NCBI GenBank assembly: GCA_017354515.1
Contig: JAFMQT010000001.1
Span: 1 to 38,483 of the forward strand
From: Nocardia sp.
Lineage (GTDB): Bacteria > Actinomycetota > Actinomycetes > Mycobacteriales > Mycobacteriaceae
Length of the DNA stretch: 38,483 bases
Reading direction: 5' to 3'
The position numbers were made by a program, and so were the translations under genes. Shown here in pieces: positions 36,301-38,483 of the stretch. Numbering within the stretch: the stretch's first letter is position 1; the number at the start of each line of letters is the position of its first letter. The notes under the pieces were generated by a model. The model saw only the letters and a list, made by a program, of their open reading frames with translations, was not told the origin of the DNA and searched no databases.

Positions 36301-38483
36301 GACGACCGGCCGATATACAGCGAACAGACCGTCCGTCGCTCCTCGTCTCCAGACCTCACGGACAGCTTCGTCGAGCTCTGATGTCCGGTGCTGTTGTATC
36401 CAGGACAGTGACCGGCCTCGCATATTGTCCACAGCGCGCCTGCTCCGAGCGTCGAACAATTCTGCCAGCGACTTTTTGGTGTTGGGAATGAATTTGATCA
36501 CTTGCCGGAGACTGTCGACCTGCTTCTTCGACCGTCCGAAATAGCTGGCGACCACAACCAACGGTTGTTCACCTAATGCCATATCTGCAAGTTGAATATT
36601 TCCGTGTCGACGGTTTCGGGCCACTTGTTCGACCACCACCGGGGAGCCTGCAATGTCAATCCACCGCCGGTACTGCTCCAGGATTTCATGAACCGCCTGC
36701 CGCTCCTGCGATGACCCGACGCGCGCATAGGCATACCTCCAGAAACGAATGCTGATCTGCGGATTCACCTTGAGCTGCGCAGGATGGACAACGAACTTCC
36801 AAACAGCCGTCCCGAAGGTACTGTCGGGAATTTCTGCTGAGTCCCGAATTCGGCGCAGATCCTCGAGCGAAGGAGTCATTGCACCTGACTCAATTTTTGA
36901 ATAGTTCGTCTCCCTGACGCTGCCGCGGAAGCTCTTCTTGGTTGACCTCCTAACCAGCACTCGATACGACTCGAGCCAACGGGCAATAGTTTCATGTACC
37001 CTGGGGTCGCCGCTAATGACACGAGATATGTACGCACGCTGTTTCCGATTACTACCACCAAGCGCCGCATAGTGATCGACAATTGATTCGACCACGCCCG
37101 CGGACAACCGCGTCCCCGTGAGTATCGTACGCAGATCATCCGGCGATACCGACGGCCCTTCACCGTACACCAATGACCGCAGTTGACTATGACAATGCAT
37201 TGGGCTTCCTGGGACAATCAAGCTTGCCAGAATTCGTTCAAGTCGTTGCTTTTCCGCATCGGTCGAATCGGACTCGTAAACCATCCGTTCGAGCATTTCC
37301 CGATCGCTTTCCGACAGCGAGTCCAACTCCTCGATGAGTCGTTCCGGTGACAGTCCGCGCAGTCTACGCGCGAAACTGGGATACTCTCGGGCCATCAAAC
37401 GGACCCACTGCATCATCTCGATGTCACCTGCATGGCGTGCGAAAACCTCCCGCCTCGCTTGAGTGACCCATTGCGTGAACAGAGACCCGGGCGACTCTTC
37501 GCCGAACGGCGGTGATTGCACCAGGCGAGTACGAAGCCGCCGCAATACCAGACGAGTCAGCCAACTCACCAATTCGATATCGGAGACTGAATCCCACAGC
37601 GTCCAATAGATATGGGTGCCAACGCGATCGAACAATATGCCCCGATCGCGTCCGCGACCACGGCGTGCTCCGCGTACCAGCCGGTCCAACTCGTCCGCGT
37701 CGAACCCGAATATCGCTGGGCGATCCGTACGACGACCGTATTCGGGCTCTTGCGCCGCGTAGTCACGCCGCCCCGCACCAGCGCCCCCCGGGGTATCCGG
37801 TCGGGGTGCGGTGTCCGGCTCCGGGTGATCCGACATCGGATCTTGCGGTTCATCGCCCGATGGCTCCCCCTCCTGGAGGAGGTTACTTTTGTTGTCTGGC
37901 AATGTATCTGGCGCATCGCGGGACTCTGTTTCGACATGAGATAGGACCGGGCCGGGCGGGGGCGGGCGGGGAACGTCGGGGACCGGGTCCTCAGGTTCGG
38001 CTACATGTTCCGCCGGAACATGTGCTGGTTCATCGGCTTTCGACAACGCTTCGATGTCACCGGAGGGTTCCAGCTCGGGTTCTGGTGCGGGCGCTGAATT
38101 GCTTTCGGATTCGGCTTCCGAGTCGGGGTCGGACTGTTCGGGCAGTTCGGACCGTTCCGCGAGTTGCGCCCGCGATCTGCGCCGGCTCCACAACTGGTGG
38201 ATCACGCTACCGCCGGCGACAGCGAGCGATGCCGCAGCAATCGGTACCCCCGCTGGCGCCATCGAGGCATGCGCAAGCAGTGCACCACCCACCAGCCCGC
38301 CGATAGCTTTGAAACCGAAGTTCCCCATGCCTGCGATCACGCGGATCTCGTTGTACATGCCCGTGGGCAGCGCCCGATTCTCACGCTCGCCCAGGCCTAC
38401 ACAGGCCGCCTCGCCGAGAAAGGCTCCGGCGGCGAATCCACCTACGGCGATCCACGGGTTGCTGGTCGCCATCAGCATGGTGG
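27319..38483 (-). CDS. Giant multidomain protein (>3719 aa; 5' end outside window): TM - 2x(sigma-like + XRE HTH) - HATPase-like repeats - M14 peptidase - GNAT-like - PP2C-like - alpha/beta hydrolase
   Basis: Single open frame over 11.1 kb. HPNE (32050-32061) and LHN (31753-31761) M14 Zn ligands; HGRPGS, GRSGG (Ser 27988-27990) and GAGHF hydrolase motifs; two XRE HTHs (36826-36996, 35517-35691). Confidence 0.85.
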   Translation of the reverse strand, partial: TMLMATSNPWIAVGGFAAGAFLGEAACVGLGERENRALPTGMYNEIRVIAGMGNFGFKAIGGLVGGALLAHASMAPAGVPIAAASLAVAGGSVIHQLWSRRRSRAQLAERSELPEQSDPDSEAESESNSAPAPEPELEPSGDIEALSKADEPAHVPAEHVAEPEDPVPDVPRPPPPGPVLSHVETESRDAPDTLPDNKSNLLQEGEPSGDEPQDPMSDHPEPDTAPRPDTPGGAGAGRRDYAAQEPEYGRRTDRPAIFGFDADELDRLVRGARRGRGRDRGILFDRVGTHIYWTLWDSVSDIELVSWLTRLVLRRLRTRLVQSPPFGEESPGSLFTQWVTQARREVFARHAGDIEMMQWVRLMAREYPSFARRLRGLSPERLIEELDSLSESDREMLERMVYESDSTDAEKQRLERILASLIVPGSPMHCHSQLRSLVYGEGPSVSPDDLRTILTGTRLSAGVVESIVDHYAALGGSNRKQRAYISRVISGDPRVHETIARWLESYRVLVRRSTKKSFRGSVRETNYSKIESGAMTPSLEDLRRIRDSAEIPDSTFGTAVWKFVVHPAQLKVNPQISIRFWRYAYARVGSSQERQAVHEILEQYRRWIDIAGSPVVVEQVARNRRHGNIQLADMALGEQPLVVVASYFGRSKKQVDSLRQVIKFIPNTKKSLAELFDARSRRAVDNMRGRSLSWIQQHRTSELDEAVREVWRRGATDGLFAVYRPVVETELIELEMDDSRVGALAERALRRARDGLRSAATITEGEFVETFERCLVAALSDVVVEYRSEAEKTWLIIRAAAAHPEIARKIADQTPEQILSRFDRLSRPERDALSSYEDEKVTAFAETQVRVRALGLLAESSAKDIAFVQLGLLARGLREPMGSEELGNALAAVDLPDDYIGPIVRNYSEFPEAGDKLEYIARVLAADPADYTTVGQWLRAYRILAARETGKNFGGPLPAPRIERWEAGQGMPTLASLRIIRDENGIPESIFDKAVNAYLIRPGQLNVASDHTDVFWKFVHTLAGTVDETEARKEIFRIYADEVRAARTKTKAGLAAGMSRIPERRGEEGLFALAMGDRPVTTIATELDLSLDGARYLYHAICYGAGLLDSPDPSRHIDDRPGGEDTTGPDRTVSATPTGSASHAPEVLPDNEINGLSASKLERPGNDAQDLMSDHSDSELGPRPDGPPAAGAGRRRMTPWSSDAAGISRAVPRFLNQSSLPHRRFGLPWARGRRRPPEIPPELRGRDIPWTPAPYLPDDLTGDIDHMVAAATREWRWRDYYRGWVDRQTLARAAVVAATAVAYPDIPPDKPAVLRLWVDPDPAVRELHLVVVGADFESVAEVTISDDTVKVEARIAADRKANQPKAQEYLTNALTQLTSVVSAAARGVGTTNRDTSDAVERLAQAIIESGTDPPGVDPKTGRKQTGVHQKVIATLDGVGDDSCMLRVNIAEQPDGPSLSMLHEGPLDQALTTGEIGALERIYGGDRSRIWAHWARDAGNPRQPFLSVRARGARRVSVSRRPVADGASSGGSFAAATVSAAESLWKDLVPWAGERDLDDLRTSALVLAQRTGPAADAVVTMTTRHDSAQRSSHVAVTITMVSRVGSDVQVHSESVRLRRGDVQKIAVHFAADDDPHRTADRLWRTAFGTAVLDGDAVERRQIVSAVEQLTPKYGSGSIELSAPGVAAPRIVNGRRRPTQFFLTVSGENGQAIQLAFNVPSTSDHGEMIGSARLLESDHDAAGISAAARVVAGDLVPDPTGLVGVLLASRSPARPANTIEWRIDLAEHRETHGYSEDYEFAVRLPGSTQLRVTVPIGPPIVGRPVNSCQAHWDIGADRARTLHQIREFLAYAIPGDPDLATSAMAAIAQSWVDYGDRNSPVGLAKLRVAYERVGTVIRVELPVGTDNSTRIGPSTVTVAVQRPVDGRVAEQQVHAFRVGNHWRLLRLFGDRSGWQVADDDLGQTRDLVRKFSGWSDTTPDELVDRIARELNAEHRLVSTDIVIGSATAQLSGSRSDESVESDPSARGGRHDDEPTTEDSTGRDAATGPSGAGKRRGNPNAAGSGRRGDPWAEHVERAVSGLGDRPLTVDELSSYAAQLAEDNPGVCELVQVGTARDGRTPLQMLVVGADREDAPTTLAYGGVHPNEPWASGTVQALMDFAVSDPVARQRRWCILLSLEPVAMKRAEGWADCVPLRTEDAIRTIYRGHRDEQAEFGFDGTPIYPEIVALLDIIEKYKPNRIHPLHNTAVEYPCVGVTSDDIPDIVDVVTGAVAKSPHPPADRIGEFSEFGPRLGDGVFLFDAQWPWRLIADHARRTGAPDATLVLIEGLMWHATIDPQHTFAQSIAIAAPILDALTDLAAKLPTLPDSDMSRAAEHALDIAKRIAAAWRDTPDLAAPTVNGEYAYLMPLRAAGMMWRLSNELIDAGQGTPDILQAQAGLDRLITEQSAAFDAAFGIQPANLAETVAFQLETIIGTSLRPEDARIDDDAAEADSALEQSPGADTFDDLTGESSSTTVPFDISGDTWHDHPEDLASDEDERRALQTLLAGVVGVDLADTAVRLTLRLAAALSNDSASTPSVRVTVGDDAGTDLPEVTVAVSGLPRAGVPDVNFIVDCATRALQASGFLWGAAPVGSAGEISVWFRVAVSETATTRSPPPPDLGEQRESVTHLPALDRLIAEGVAITDHRWPGDDVWARMDDWLRRRLTPIESRSFDRFRVRLTDVEFLRGGLRYDPNEGVYIAAEVVDPAGTVVGGLTRFAFVDSVGRIRVWEFDTGAAASAEFQRDFEPVMRRWYSRSGVASVFVAADPEDPDESVAAATLVRAGFELNMDPRYLAESLWGFDQAVDRLNRLLYLSDREQTWLADLRARFAGPVQQFPRLREILEYTSGDLRFGEYLMSQWIVFHGELVLGSGREPVQAEGPGVGAYPESLWVGRYAADEPVTHTSVVRHFEQSASVLVVANSNDGIEDADGWSITRVHDRVESALLADRDPVAAIENALAEFRSNLTDPTGWNLCVAVVTPVQIVYTTAGRGALFSAGGGEGAKILSGPEQVPLHDARVRRLFNFGATVGAESRGRRMVVACTDGSAQSAAGIDAAADVAADLRDLAQMAVEQIQNTPEGQRVAPGVAVALAQPHAAPPRPAHTPRHLLWAEAASDDPETLTELIETAGRVWGIGLERARVDAMAFALRQVVTVLFRHRVQHVTVNPSLIDEPGRGRRGQAILHYEGWSKQAAIAPTVSAALRGQHASEPLFDDMEEDQVRLTISFDGSGAIDAPPFVPDFDERDGGAAGPTAAGAGRRQWKTPWSSETTAAESSGPQTSEVVDSAPPSLGKRNDGGGGARDAGGRDGQGNNVDAGQRGDSLDRSIDSGTAPKPLTGSNSGFGAGITLGGKFGEFPPPEDFRVDLGNGRWLQCREHGPKTGRVVIQAHGRPGSHTETADSRLLWELGDDDDPRKGIRLITWSRPGYGGTPIWQARTADGAEWIKAILRNREVSEAAGVGRSGGGQYLAAAMADPDSPITKGALLVAGPGPELRGRLRGVVKNEFLHGSHRSNLPSVVKAYRDDPDNFNIIHGGIEYSQNDLEILAENHEMLRETFVSATQPRSDGHDSAIGWILDGRRSGSRWGFNVGDIHRPTLLWNTVGDKFNPDNIANLWHREIVNAPCWSYVVTDGAGHFDAMQIKPAVYAWLTDRQHLLRFDIPETPPNSHIETTTAEWSSLRLPMFD

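Noticed and set aside
27373-38306. Numerous plus-strand ORFs within the giant gene
   Set aside because: No recognisable motifs; antisense shadows of the long minus-strand frame.
27319-38483. Giant ORF as NRPS/PKS, RHS or adhesin
   Set aside because: No adenylation, condensation, ketosynthase, carrier, YD or Ig-like repeat motifs were seen.

Overview
High-GC actinobacterial chromosome segment; gene content and order are most consistent with Nocardia or a close relative (inference). About 1-13.6 kb is the conserved ftsH ... hpt-tilS-(Rv3626c-like)-dacB / ppa core, with six accessory genes between hpt and ftsH. About 13.6-20.6 kb is ordinary metabolic and accessory content: crotonase, flavin reductase, SAM-IV riboswitch plus class V PLP enzyme, DUF2752, a frameshifted TetR relic, SDR, alpha/beta hydrolase, a secreted protein and a GNAT. 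From about 20.7 kb the sequence looks visibly less GC-biased and reads as a conflict/secretion island. It carries an XRE-TPR regulator coupled to a SLOG protein, a WXG100-like gene, a truncated WXG/C39-like effector, a DUF6301-like immunity remnant cut at a 44-bp IS3-like inverted-repeat scar, and a small ORF plus a HipA/PI4K-like kinase. It ends with the 3' >11 kb of a giant (>3,700 aa, 5'-incomplete) ORF. That ORF strings together duplicated sigma-like/XRE-HTH modules, degenerate anti-sigma (HATPase-like) and PP2C-like modules, an M14 Zn-peptidase, a GNAT-like domain and an alpha/beta hydrolase, separated by a recurring A-G-A-G-R-R...(T)PW(S) linker. All domain calls are by-eye motif recognition; no searches were run.
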